A stretch of 64,000 nucleotides of DNA from Planctomycetaceae bacterium (GTDB taxonomy: Bacteria; Planctomycetota; PLA2): the NCBI GenBank assembly GCA_052388375.1, contig JBQTIG010000038.1, positions 927 to 64,926 on the forward strand, written 5' to 3'. A program made the position numbers and the translations under genes. The notes below the pieces were generated by a model, which searched no databases, was not told the origin of the DNA, and was given only the letters and a program-made list of their open reading frames with translations. Position 1 is the stretch's first letter; the number at the start of each line of letters is the position of its first letter. This document shows, piece by piece, positions 9,482 to 17,931 of this stretch.

Positions 9482-10615
9482 ATGAGCGCCCTCGACTGGG
9501 CTGCGCTCGTCGCGGGGGGGGTCGCGCTGCTGCGGCATGCGGCGGCACTGCCGCGCCTCGTCCTCTATCTGCGGAGGGCGCGCATCCGCTCCATTCCGCG
9601 AGGGGAAACGCCGCCGCTGACGCTCCTGAAGCCGCTCTTCGGCGACGAGCCCGATCTGGCCGAGAATCTCGAGGCGACCCTGCGCCAGAACTACCCCTCG
9701 TTCGAGGTGCTCTTCCTGCACGAGCGGCCCGGCGACGCCGCCCTTCCGGCCGCGCACGCCGCCGCCGCGAAGGTGCCCGACGTCCCCGTGCGCTTCCTCG
9801 AGGGGCGGGATCCCGCCGCGACCAACCCCAAGGCGGCGGTGCTCATCCTCGGGGAACTCGCGGCGCGGCATGCCATCCTCGTCGCCTCGGATTCCGACGT
9901 GCGCCCCGACCCGCTCTATCTCCGGGACGCGGCCAACGCGCTGGCGGGCCGGGACGTCGCGGTCTTCCCGCCGGTCCTCTTCGGAATGCGGACCCTGGGA
10001 GCCCGTCTCCTGGGACTTCTGGTGAACACCGAGGGATTCCTGTCGGTCCTCCTCGCCGCGGGGCGGTTCACGCCGGGCGCGACCATCGCGGTGCGCGTAC
10101 CGGCGCTCCGCGCCGCGGGAGGCTGGCGCGCGGTGTCCGGCCACATGGCCGACGATTTGGCGCTGGGCCGGGCGCTGCGGGCGTGCGGGCATCCGGCGGC
10201 GCTCGCTCGACGTGCCGTCCGCTGCCGCGCGCCGGACGCGGCCTTCGCCGCCGCCGCTCGCCACATCACGCGCTGGATGCGCACGGTGCGCCATGCCGCA
10301 CCCCTCCTCTTCCTCTCCGCGCTGCTCCCCGTATGCGCCCCCCTCCTGCTCCTCGCCGCGGGCCTCTTCGGCGCGCATCGCGGACCCGCGCTGGCGGCGC
10401 TCGGGCTGCTCACCCTAACCCGCGTCGCGGTCGCGATCGCCGTCGAGTTCCGCTTCTGCTGGGACCGGTCCCTCCTGCGCGCCCTTCCCCTCCTGCCCCT
10501 CCTCTGGTTCGTCGAGCCGCTCGCCTGGACGGCGGGCGCGCTCCCGGGCCGCGTCGAGTGGCGGGGACGCCGGTACCGGGTCCGGGGCGGCCGTGCTACG
10601 CTTGCGGACGGATGA
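9482..10615 (+). CDS. Glycosyltransferase family 2/21 (ceramide-glucosyltransferase-like), membrane bound
   Basis: The N-terminal TM helix is followed by LTLLKPLFGDEPDLAENLEATLRQNYPSFEVLFL, a D..D region and a C-terminal TM bundle. Its stop overlaps the trpS start as ATGA. Confidence 0.7.
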   Translation: MSALDWAALVAGGVALLRHAAALPRLVLYLRRARIRSIPRGETPPLTLLKPLFGDEPDLAENLEATLRQNYPSFEVLFLHERPGDAALPAAHAAAAKVPDVPVRFLEGRDPAATNPKAAVLILGELAARHAILVASDSDVRPDPLYLRDAANALAGRDVAVFPPVLFGMRTLGARLLGLLVNTEGFLSVLLAAGRFTPGATIAVRVPALRAAGGWRAVSGHMADDLALGRALRACGHPAALARRAVRCRAPDAAFAAAARHITRWMRTVRHAAPLLFLSALLPVCAPLLLLAAGLFGAHRGPALAALGLLTLTRVAVAIAVEFRFCWDRSLLRALPLLPLLWFVEPLAWTAGALPGRVEWRGRRYRVRGGRATLADG

Positions 10616-11589
10616 GCCGGAAGACCGTTCTCTCGCTCATGCGCGCGACCGGCGTCCTGCACCTGGGCAACTACCTGGGGGCCGCCCGGGACTTCGCCGC
10701 GCTCTCCACCGATCCCGCATACGACTGCTTGTTCGGCATCGCCGACCTGCACGCGCTTACCTCCCTGGGGGATCCCGAGGCGCTCCGCGCCTCGACCCGG
10801 GCGGTCGCCCGGGACTACCTCGCCGCCGGGGTCGATCCCGCGCGCGCCCTGCTCTTCCGGCAGTCGGCCATCCCCGAGACTTCCGAGCTCTTCTGGCTCC
10901 TCTGCAACGTGACGAGCGCGGGCGAGCTGCAGCGCTCGAAGACGTTTCAGGAGATGAGCCGCAAGCAGCCCGAAAACGTGAACGCCGGCCTGCTCACCTA
11001 TCCGGTGCTGATGGCGGCCGACATCCTGGGGCCGCGCGCGGATCTGGTGCCGGTGGGAGAGGACCAGATGGCGCATCTCGAGATGGCGCGCAACATCGCC
11101 CAGCGCTTCAACCATCGGTTCGGGGAGACCTTTCCCCTTCCCGAGGCCTTCCGCAAGAGCGCGATCCGGGTGCCGGGCCTGGATGGCCTGGGCAAGATGA
11201 GCAAGAGCGACGGCAACGGCTTCGCCATCGCGGAGACTCCCGAGCGGATCTGGGAACTGCTGAGGACGGCGATGACCGATCCGGCGCGCCAGCGTCGCAC
11301 CGATCCCGGCAACCCCGAGCTCTGCCCCATCGGGCAGATCCATCGCTACGTATCCCCCGCGGAGGACGTGGCGCGCACGGAGGAGGGGTGCCGCACCGCG
11401 GGAATCGGATGCATCGATTGCAAGAAGGTGTTGCACAGGAACGTCGTGACGATGCTCGCGCCCGTTCGCGAGCGGAGCGCCAAGCTCGCGGACGCCCGGG
11501 TCGAGGAGGTGCTCGCGGCGGGCGCCGTCCGCGCGCGGGAGCGCATCGCCGACACCCTCGCCGCGGCGAAGGAGAGGATGGGGCTGTGA
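10612..11589 (+). CDS. trpS: Tryptophanyl-tRNA synthetase
   Basis: It has the HIGH-like region (GVLHLGNYLG) and KMSKS itself (GLGKMSKSDGN). The length fits class I TrpRS. Confidence 0.9.
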   Translation: MSRKTVLSLMRATGVLHLGNYLGAARDFAALSTDPAYDCLFGIADLHALTSLGDPEALRASTRAVARDYLAAGVDPARALLFRQSAIPETSELFWLLCNVTSAGELQRSKTFQEMSRKQPENVNAGLLTYPVLMAADILGPRADLVPVGEDQMAHLEMARNIAQRFNHRFGETFPLPEAFRKSAIRVPGLDGLGKMSKSDGNGFAIAETPERIWELLRTAMTDPARQRRTDPGNPELCPIGQIHRYVSPAEDVARTEEGCRTAGIGCIDCKKVLHRNVVTMLAPVRERSAKLADARVEEVLAAGAVRARERIADTLAAAKERMGL

Positions 11590-12635
11590 GCGGCGGGGCG
11601 GGCGGCAACCTCACCTACGGGCAGTACCTCAACCTCGACCGGTTGCTCGCGTTGCAGAATCCTCCGGGGCCGGACGGCGGCGCGAGGACGCACCTGCATC
11701 ACGACGAAATGCTCTTCGTCGTCATCCACCAGGTGTTCGAGCTCTGGTTCAAGCAGATCCTTCACGAGCTGGTGCTGGCCCGCGACCTGCTCGCGGCGCC
11801 CGAGGTGCCGGAGCCGGACATGCCGCGCGTCGTCGCGGCGCTGGGCCGGGTGCACGAGATCCAGACGGTGTTGCTGGCGCAGTTCGACGTACTCGAGACG
11901 ATGACGCCGCTCGACTTCCTGGCGTTCCGCGGCGGACTCGGCTCGGCGTCGGGCTTCCAGTCGGCTCAGTTCCGCGAGCTGGAGATCGTCGCGGGGCTCC
12001 CCGAGACGCTGCGCATGGAGTACGACGGCGCCTCCTACGAGCGGTTCTTCGGCGCCGAGGCGCTCCGGCGCTTCCAGGCGCGCCGGGCCGAGCCGACCCT
12101 GCGCGACGCCATGCACGGCTGGCTCGCTCGCACGCCGATCGAGAGCGCGTTCGTGCGCAACTACCTCGCCTCGCTGGAGCGCTACGTCGCGGGGCAGCTG
12201 GCGCTGCACCGCGGGAATCCGCGCCTGGCGCCGGAGGAGCGCGCCGCCATCGAGCGCCGCCTCGAGGTCTACCGCGCGGATGGGCGCGACTTCCTCGAGG
12301 GGAAGGACGCGCCGGTCCATCGCGCCTGCCTCTTCATCCTCGCGCACCGCGACCAGCCGCTGCTCCACTGGCCGAACCGCCTCCTCGACGCGATCTGCGA
12401 GTTCGAGGAGTACTTCCGGCTCTGGCGCTTCCGCCACGCACGCATGGTGGAACGCCTCATCGGGCTGCGGGTCGGGACGGGCGGGTCGAGCGGCGTGGAC
12501 TACCTCGACGCCACGGCCATGCGCTACCGGCTCTACCCCGAACTCTTCCGCGCGCGCTCCTTCCTCGTGCCGCGCGCGCTCCTGCCGGACCTGGAGAACC
12601 CGGGTCGTTACGGCTTCGCCAAGGACGCCCGGTAG
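11586..12635 (+). CDS. kynA: Tryptophan 2,3-dioxygenase
   Basis: LTYGQYLNLDRLLALQ, HHDEMLFVVIHQVFELWFKQILHE and GGSSGVDYL are TDO signatures. Its GTG start overlaps the trpS stop as GTGA. Confidence 0.85.
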   Translation: MSGGAGGNLTYGQYLNLDRLLALQNPPGPDGGARTHLHHDEMLFVVIHQVFELWFKQILHELVLARDLLAAPEVPEPDMPRVVAALGRVHEIQTVLLAQFDVLETMTPLDFLAFRGGLGSASGFQSAQFRELEIVAGLPETLRMEYDGASYERFFGAEALRRFQARRAEPTLRDAMHGWLARTPIESAFVRNYLASLERYVAGQLALHRGNPRLAPEERAAIERRLEVYRADGRDFLEGKDAPVHRACLFILAHRDQPLLHWPNRLLDAICEFEEYFRLWRFRHARMVERLIGLRVGTGGSSGVDYLDATAMRYRLYPELFRARSFLVPRALLPDLENPGRYGFAKDAR

Positions 12636-13543
12636 TACTCGGCCGCGCGGCGGATCCCCTCCTCGAAGCGGACGCGAGGCGTCCAACGAAGCTCCTCGCG
12701 GGCCCGCGTGGCCTCCAGCGCGATGCAGTCGACCTCGCCCGGCCGCTTGGGGGCGAACTCCGGCTCCACGCGGCTGCCGAACTGGGCTGCGCATGCGCGG
12801 TACATCTCGAGATCGCTCACCTGGCGGCCCCAGCCGAGGTTGTAGATGCGATTCCTGGGGCAGCGCAGCGCCAGCCGGTTCGCCTCCACGATGTCGGCCA
12901 CGAAGAGGTAGTCGCGCGTCTTCGTGCCGTCGCCGAAGATGGTGCAGCGGCGCCCCGCGATGAGGTTTTCCATGAAGATGGAGACCACCCCCGCCTCGGA
13001 GCGCGGGGTCTGGCGGGGGCCGAAGACGTTGGGGTAGCGCAGCGCGACGAACTCCAAGGGCCCGGTGCTGGCGAACTGGAGGCCGTAGAGTTCGCCCGCG
13101 CGCTTGCCCACCCCGTAGGGCGAGAGCGGCTGGACCGGGAAGCTCTCGTCGAGCGGCAAGCGCTCCTTGGGCGGGTCGCCGTAGACCGCCCCCCCCGAGG
13201 AGGCGAAGAGGACACGCCGCGCGCCGCAATCGACGGCTGCCTGGAGCACCTGGATGGTCCCGAGGATGTTGATGCGGGCGTCCCGGATGGGATCCTCCAT
13301 GGAGGAGCGGACGTTGATCTGTGCCGCGTGGTGGCAGATTACCTCGGGCTGGAAGGCACGAACGAACTTGGCGAAGGCGGGGGTCGTGACGTCGACCTCC
13401 ACGAACTCTGCCGCCGCCGGGACGAATTCCGCCAGCCCGGTGGTGAGGTTGTCGGCGATGCCCACGTCGTGGCCGTCCGCCAGGAAGGCGTCGGCCACGT
13501 TCGAGCCGATGAAGCCGGCTCCGCCGGTCACTAGGATGCGCAT
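12608..13543 (-). CDS. NAD-dependent epimerase/dehydratase (UDP-glucose 4-epimerase family)
   Basis: It has the Rossmann motif MRILVTGGAGFIGSN and a YxxxK catalytic motif (SPYGVGK). Confidence 0.85.
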   Translation of the reverse strand: MRILVTGGAGFIGSNVADAFLADGHDVGIADNLTTGLAEFVPAAAEFVEVDVTTPAFAKFVRAFQPEVICHHAAQINVRSSMEDPIRDARINILGTIQVLQAAVDCGARRVLFASSGGAVYGDPPKERLPLDESFPVQPLSPYGVGKRAGELYGLQFASTGPLEFVALRYPNVFGPRQTPRSEAGVVSIFMENLIAGRRCTIFGDGTKTRDYLFVADIVEANRLALRCPRNRIYNLGWGRQVSDLEMYRACAAQFGSRVEPEFAPKRPGEVDCIALEATRAREELRWTPRVRFEEGIRRAAEYYRASLAKP

Positions 13544-13757
13544 CCGAAAGGTCCTCCAGGCACCTCTCTCTTTTCGGATCTATCGGGGAGCGGCCCAAAT
13601 CGTCCACGGCGGGTGCGCGGGGACGACGAAACCCGTTGTATCAGGGGGGTTTAGGTTTGGCGCCCCAGGAGCCGATTCCTTGGGGACGAGGCCTGTATCC
13701 CGTTCGCCCGCCCGGGGCGGCGGGGGTACGGGCCGGCACTTCGAGAGGAGCGATGCG

Positions 13758-14483
13758 ATGACCGGCACGAACATCCGAACCCTGGTCCTTATCCTGGCGG
13801 CGGCGGGCTTGGCCGGCTGCCGTACCCAGGCGGAGATGAACGCGGTCTTCGCGAAGGCGATCGCCTTGCGCACGGCCCCGGAATACACGATCGGCGAGAG
13901 CGACACGGTCACCATCCGCGTCCTCGACGACGCGACCGAGACCCTCGCCGTCTCGACGATCGTGCGTCCCGACGGCAAGATCTCCTTCCCCGAGCATGGC
14001 GACATCGACGTCTTGAACAAGACCGCGGCGCAGCTGCGCTCCGAGCTCGAGTCGCAGTTCCAGAAGACGCTCGGCCTCAAGGCCCCCAAGGTGTTCGTCG
14101 CGGTGACCGCCTTCGACTCCAAGACGGTGACCGTGCTGGGCGAGGTGAGGCTCCCGGGCCGCTACCCCTACACGGGCCAGATGCGGGTGACCGACCTGCT
14201 TGGCCTCACGCGCGGCGTCGTCGAGACCGGCTCGCCCAACCGCGCCCTCCTGTTCCGCGAGGTCGAGGGGGAGATGAAGGTCTACCACGTCAAGCTGAAG
14301 GACTTCCTGTGGAAGGCCGACTTCTCCACGAACTACTACGTCCGCCCCGGCGACCTGCTCTACGTGCCCCAGAACGGCTTCTCCCTCGTGGCCGAAAAGA
14401 TCCGGGTGGGCGTCTCCCCCCTCACCGCCCTGCTGAGCTTCCTCTCCTTCGGCACCGCGACGACCTCCTTCTTCGTCCCGTAG
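13758..14483 (+). CDS. Polysaccharide export lipoprotein (Wza/SLBB family)
   Basis: A GAGAGGAG Shine-Dalgarno lies upstream of the ATG. It has a lipobox (LAGC), a PES motif region (IGESDTVTIRV) and an SLBB-like segment. Confidence 0.75.
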   Translation: MTGTNIRTLVLILAAAGLAGCRTQAEMNAVFAKAIALRTAPEYTIGESDTVTIRVLDDATETLAVSTIVRPDGKISFPEHGDIDVLNKTAAQLRSELESQFQKTLGLKAPKVFVAVTAFDSKTVTVLGEVRLPGRYPYTGQMRVTDLLGLTRGVVETGSPNRALLFREVEGEMKVYHVKLKDFLWKADFSTNYYVRPGDLLYVPQNGFSLVAEKIRVGVSPLTALLSFLSFGTATTSFFVP

Positions 14484-14530
14484 CGCCTCCTTCGGCACCG
14501 CGACGACCTCCTTCTTCGTCCCGTAGCGCC
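14445..14530. repeat. Perfect 43-bp tandem duplication (2 units) spanning the stop codon of the Wza-like gene
   Basis: Unit tccttcggcaccgcgacgacctccttcttcgtcccgtagcgcc sits at 14445-14487 and again at 14488-14530, 100% identical. Confidence 0.9.
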
Positions 14531-14575
14531 TGCCCCCCACTCAAGTGGGCGGGCCGGCGGGGTCGAAGAGACGGT

Positions 14576-16276
14576 ATGACCGCACCCGCCGTGCGCGGCG
14601 GCTCCGCCGTCTCCGGCGGAGCCCGCTCCGAGAGGGTTCGCGCCGGAGCTCTCGAGGTGGACCGCCACCCGGTCACGAACGGGCGGTACGCCGCTTTCGT
14701 CGAGGAGACGGGCCACCGCCCCCCCTGCTACTGGCCCGGGGGCCGGCTGCCCGCGAGCCTCGTGAACCACCCGGTGGTGGGCGTCGACCTCTTCGACGCC
14801 TTGGCCTTCGCACGCTGGGCCGGCGGGGCGATCCCGACCGAGGAAGAGTGGCGGCTTGCGGCGGGGCCGGTCGCGCCCGGGGCCTACGCCTGGGGAGACC
14901 GTTTCGAAGGAGGCCGCTGCAATACGGTGCGCAGCGGACACAAGGGCACGACGCCGGTGGACGCCTTTCCCGGCGGGGCGGCGCCGAGCGGCTGCCTCGA
15001 TCTCTGCGGCAACGTCTGGGAGCTGACCGTGACGCCCTATCCGGGGGATGCCGAGGCGATCGTCGTCAAGGGAGGCTCCTGGTACGACTATCCGGTCCAC
15101 GCGCGGCTCGATTCCCGGTTCCGCGCGCCGATCGCGCGCGGGGGCCCCACCACTGGACTCCGCCTCGTCTACGGCCGCCCCTGGGCCGCGCCGGCGTGCA
15201 TCCCGGCGGAGCTCGTCGAGGAGTGCATGCGCTTCCGCAAGCGGAAGGAGGGGGAGCGCGAGGGGGAGGAGGCGGGGGCCCAGGAGTTCGCGGCCACCCT
15301 GCAAGCGCTCCAGCGGGAGGTGGAGGCGCGGATCGTCGACCTGGACGAGGCCGCCGCCGATGCGGGCCTCGACGTGGTCGCCGCGCTGGACCGTTTGGAG
15401 GAGGTGCTCGAGGCGGCGCCACCCGAGGAGCCTGGCGCCCCGGCGCTTCCCGTGCCCGCGCCGCCCTCTCCCCCGCCCCGGAACTCCACCCTCCTGCAAG
15501 CATCCCCCTCGCGATTTCGCGCGCATCCCCTGGCGGTCGCCGGCATACTCGCGTCCGCGCTCCTGCTCGTGGGGTGGCTCGTGGTTTCCGTGAGCGCCAC
15601 GCGCGGCGCGGGCCGCGTTCCCTCGCGGGAGCGCGCCACGGAGGAGGCAAGAACTCCTACGCCGGAGGTGTCGCGGTCCGCCGCCCCCCCCGACCGCGCC
15701 GCGGTCCGGGAGGCGCTGCGGGCCCTCGCGGAGGGTTCCGACCGCAAATGGGCGGAGGCGGAGACCCGCCTCCTCGCGCTCGGCGCCTCGGTGCGTCCGG
15801 ATCTCGAGGAGGCCCTCGCGAAGGGGCCAAACCCCAAGACCGAGTCCTCCCTCCGCTACCTCATCGCGCTGATCGAGGAGGCGGCCGAGCCGTCGGGGAA
15901 GCCGCCTCGCGCGGCGGAGGGGCGGCTGCGACCGGGGCTCCTCTTCTGCTTCGCCTTCCTCGACCAGGGCACGATGGCGGAGGCGCGCAAGGTGCGCCTC
16001 ACCGCCGCGGCGGAAGGGGTGCCCTTCCTCGCGCTCTACAACGGCCCCGCCCCCGCGTCCGAGGTGCTCCAGTCGACCGCCGCCGCCCTGCGCGGGTCCG
16101 AGGTCGCCTTCGACGCCGACGGCTCGCTCTCCGCGCTCCTCCGCGCCCAGAGATCGCCCCATATCGCCGCGCTGGGACAGGATCTCCAGCCCTACGCCAC
16201 GCACACCGGCCCGATCGGTCGGGCGGCTATCGCGGAGATGGCGCGCACGCTCCGCACCATCCTGCGCGGATGGTGA
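14576..16276 (+). CDS. Membrane protein with N-terminal FGE/SUMF1 domain, one TM helix and a C-terminal helical domain
   Basis: DRHPVTNGRYAAFVEETGH, GNVWELT and GGSWYD are formylglycine-generating-enzyme-fold signatures. A TM helix (AVAGILASALLLVGWLVVSV) lies around residue 320. Confidence 0.75.
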   Translation: MTAPAVRGGSAVSGGARSERVRAGALEVDRHPVTNGRYAAFVEETGHRPPCYWPGGRLPASLVNHPVVGVDLFDALAFARWAGGAIPTEEEWRLAAGPVAPGAYAWGDRFEGGRCNTVRSGHKGTTPVDAFPGGAAPSGCLDLCGNVWELTVTPYPGDAEAIVVKGGSWYDYPVHARLDSRFRAPIARGGPTTGLRLVYGRPWAAPACIPAELVEECMRFRKRKEGEREGEEAGAQEFAATLQALQREVEARIVDLDEAAADAGLDVVAALDRLEEVLEAAPPEEPGAPALPVPAPPSPPPRNSTLLQASPSRFRAHPLAVAGILASALLLVGWLVVSVSATRGAGRVPSRERATEEARTPTPEVSRSAAPPDRAAVREALRALAEGSDRKWAEAETRLLALGASVRPDLEEALAKGPNPKTESSLRYLIALIEEAAEPSGKPPRAAEGRLRPGLLFCFAFLDQGTMAEARKVRLTAAAEGVPFLALYNGPAPASEVLQSTAAALRGSEVAFDADGSLSALLRAQRSPHIAALGQDLQPYATHTGPIGRAAIAEMARTLRTILRGW

Positions 16277-16281
16277 GGCGG

Positions 16282-16444
16282 CTAGGGCCTGTCTGAATGC
16301 TCCATCGTCCGCCCGAGCCCGAGCGAGCGGGCTGCCGGCGAGCCGCGAGTCCGAAGCCGTATTGACCCCAAACAGGGCGATGGACGAGCGGCGAAGCCAG
16401 CGGCCCGCGCAGCCGGGCGAAGCCAGCTGGAGTGTTCAGACAGA
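16282..16444. mobile_element. MITE-like repeat copy 1 (163 bp, imperfect terminal inverted repeats)
   Basis: It is 95% identical (8 mismatches) to 49614-49776. The ends GTCTGAAT(G/A)CTCCATC and revcomp GTCTGA(A/C)(C/T)ACTCCA(G/T)C form terminal inverted repeats. It starts 6 nt after a stop codon. Confidence 0.8.
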
Positions 16445-16457
16445 TGGGATGAGAAGG

Positions 16458-16531
16458 CCGGTCTCCCTAGCGCAGTACCGTGAGGTCTGCATCAGTGTTG
16501 CGGGCTCAACGGCCCAGAAGGAGACCGGCCA
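16458..16531 (+). promoter_or_regulatory. Long-range 11-bp perfect stem (GGCCGGTCTCC ... GGAGACCGGCC) that sequesters the Shine-Dalgarno of the IS110-like remnant
   Basis: The 3' arm contains aAGGAGAccggcc immediately before ATG 16531, so the stem would occlude the ribosome-binding site. This is the translational control pattern common in IS transposase leaders. Confidence 0.5.
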
Positions 16532-16629
16532 TGACGCAGGATAGCACCTTGACCGTGGGCGTTTATGCCGGCGACGAGCACAGCCACCTGTGCGTGCTGG
16601 ACGGGGGCGGACAGGTCCTAGACCGCGAG
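16531..16629 (+). pseudogene. IS110-family transposase N-terminal remnant (about 33 codons)
   Basis: MTQDSTLTVGVYAGDEHSHLCVLDGGGQVLDRE follows the IS110 pattern V-G-[IV]-D-x-[GA]-K-x-x-H-x-x-C-V-L-D (K replaced by D here). The similarity ends where the frame runs antisense into the convergent DUF92 gene. Confidence 0.55.
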
Positions 16630-17283
16630 CGCGCCGAGCAGCGCCCCGGCACAGGTCGCGACGACGTTGCACCAGTCGTTGCCGCGCGCTCCGAGGCGCG
16701 GCTGCACGAACAGCCCGAAGAGGCTGTCGGCGAGGTTGCCTCCCATTCCCGCGGCGGCGACGCGCAGGGCCGTCGCCGCGTCGGGCAGCGCGTCGAGGAG
16801 GAGCGCGAGAAAGGGGACGATGGCCGCCGCGACGATCCCCGCCCCCGTTCCGAACGGCGTCATCCCGCCGTCCGCGCCCCGGACGACGCGGGGCCCGACG
16901 AGGAGCGCGCGCGGGACGCCGCCGAACCGCTTCCCCAATTCCCCGGAGAGCGTGTCGGAAAGCGCCGCCGCCAGAGCGCCGGTGGAGGCGGCCGCGCCCC
17001 AGACGAGGCCGCATCCTGACGCAAGCGCGGCCAGCGCCGCCGCGCCGCCGTTGCTTGCGACCTGACACCAGTCGCGCCGCCGTCCGGAGGCCGGCGAGCA
17101 GAGCGTGCCCAGCACGAGAAGAGCCGCGAGCACGGCGACCCCGGCCCAGCCGAGTCCGAGGGCCATGCCGCCCCCCACCAGGGCTCCCGCCAGCGCGCCG
17201 CGAAGGTCCACGGCTTCCTTCGCCAAGGCGAGCGCCGCGATGGCGGGAACCGCGGCGACCGGCCAGATGCCGTCGGGCGCCAT
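16618..17283 (-). CDS. DUF92 / VTE6-like polytopic membrane protein (putative prenyl-phosphate kinase)
   Basis: It has several TM helices and a conserved GGNLADSLFG motif. The longer 403-aa ORF in this frame is low-complexity upstream of Met 17283. Confidence 0.5.
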   Translation of the reverse strand: MAPDGIWPVAAVPAIAALALAKEAVDLRGALAGALVGGGMALGLGWAGVAVLAALLVLGTLCSPASGRRRDWCQVASNGGAAALAALASGCGLVWGAAASTGALAAALSDTLSGELGKRFGGVPRALLVGPRVVRGADGGMTPFGTGAGIVAAAIVPFLALLLDALPDAATALRVAAAGMGGNLADSLFGLFVQPRLGARGNDWCNVVATCAGALLGALAV

Positions 17284-17287
17284 GGAC

Positions 17288-17824
17288 TCATCCCAGCCAG
17301 GGCGCAAGCGCGAGCGCCGCTGCACCAGCGACGGGCAGATTGTCGTCGATCGGAAGCGGGAGCGATTCGACCGCCGCGCCCGCGGCGCCTGCGGCGAGCG
17401 CCATCGTCCAGGGGTGCGCCGTCCACGCATGCCCCAGCACGAGTGCGCAGGCGGCGGCGCCGGCGAGCGTCGCGGCGAGGGTCCCCGCCAGCGACTTGCG
17501 CGCGTTCCACGGAACGCGCGGACGCCGGAGCCGCTGGCCCACCGCAGCCGCGGTCGGATCTCCCACCGCAAGAACCACCCAGGCGCCGGCGGCGATCGGC
17601 AGAGGCGCGAGGAGGAGGAGCAGCAGCACGGCGAGAGGGTAGGTGGTGAGTCCGCCGAAGTGGCCCTCCTCGGGGCGACGGTAGGCGCGATCGAGACCGA
17701 AGTGCGGCGCGAGGAATGCGTTGTAGAGGAGCGCGCACGACGCGATGCCCGCTCCCCACGTTGCGCCGAGGCTCGGGAGCAGGAGCGCCGGGGCGCCAAA
17801 CGCGAGATGCACGAGGCGCCGCAC
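17288..17824 (-). CDS. CTP-dependent prenol kinase family protein (dolichol/phytol kinase-like)
   Basis: VGDPTAAAVGQRLRRPRVPWNARKSLAGTLAATLAG matches the VGD...VG.RFG...KT.EGS motif of COG0170 kinases. The GTG 17824 start has a GGGGAG Shine-Dalgarno 7 nt upstream. Confidence 0.5.
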   Translation of the reverse strand: MRRLVHLAFGAPALLLPSLGATWGAGIASCALLYNAFLAPHFGLDRAYRRPEEGHFGGLTTYPLAVLLLLLLAPLPIAAGAWVVLAVGDPTAAAVGQRLRRPRVPWNARKSLAGTLAATLAGAAACALVLGHAWTAHPWTMALAAGAAGAAVESLPLPIDDNLPVAGAAALALAPWLG

Positions 17825-17931
17825 GCCATCTCTCCCCTTTTTCGTTGACAAAGCGCCGTCCCCGCCCAAGAATCGCTCCTTTTGCGAGATCATAACCCTT
17901 TTCCTGACCGAGGGTTCGGAGGATCGGAGCG

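Noticed and set aside
16362-16544. ORFs beginning MTPNRAMDERRS... at 16362 and 49694, reading through the repeat element
   Set aside because: The same peptide appears at both loci only because the MITE-like repeat is translated. There is no start context, and the frames continue into antisense of neighbouring genes.
17283-17829. Upstream 182 codons of the 403-aa ORF 16618-17829 (MACGASCISR...)
   Set aside because: They overlap, in another frame, the prenol-kinase-like gene that carries the VGD motif, and they are Ser/Arg-rich. The real DUF92-like gene most plausibly starts at Met 17283.
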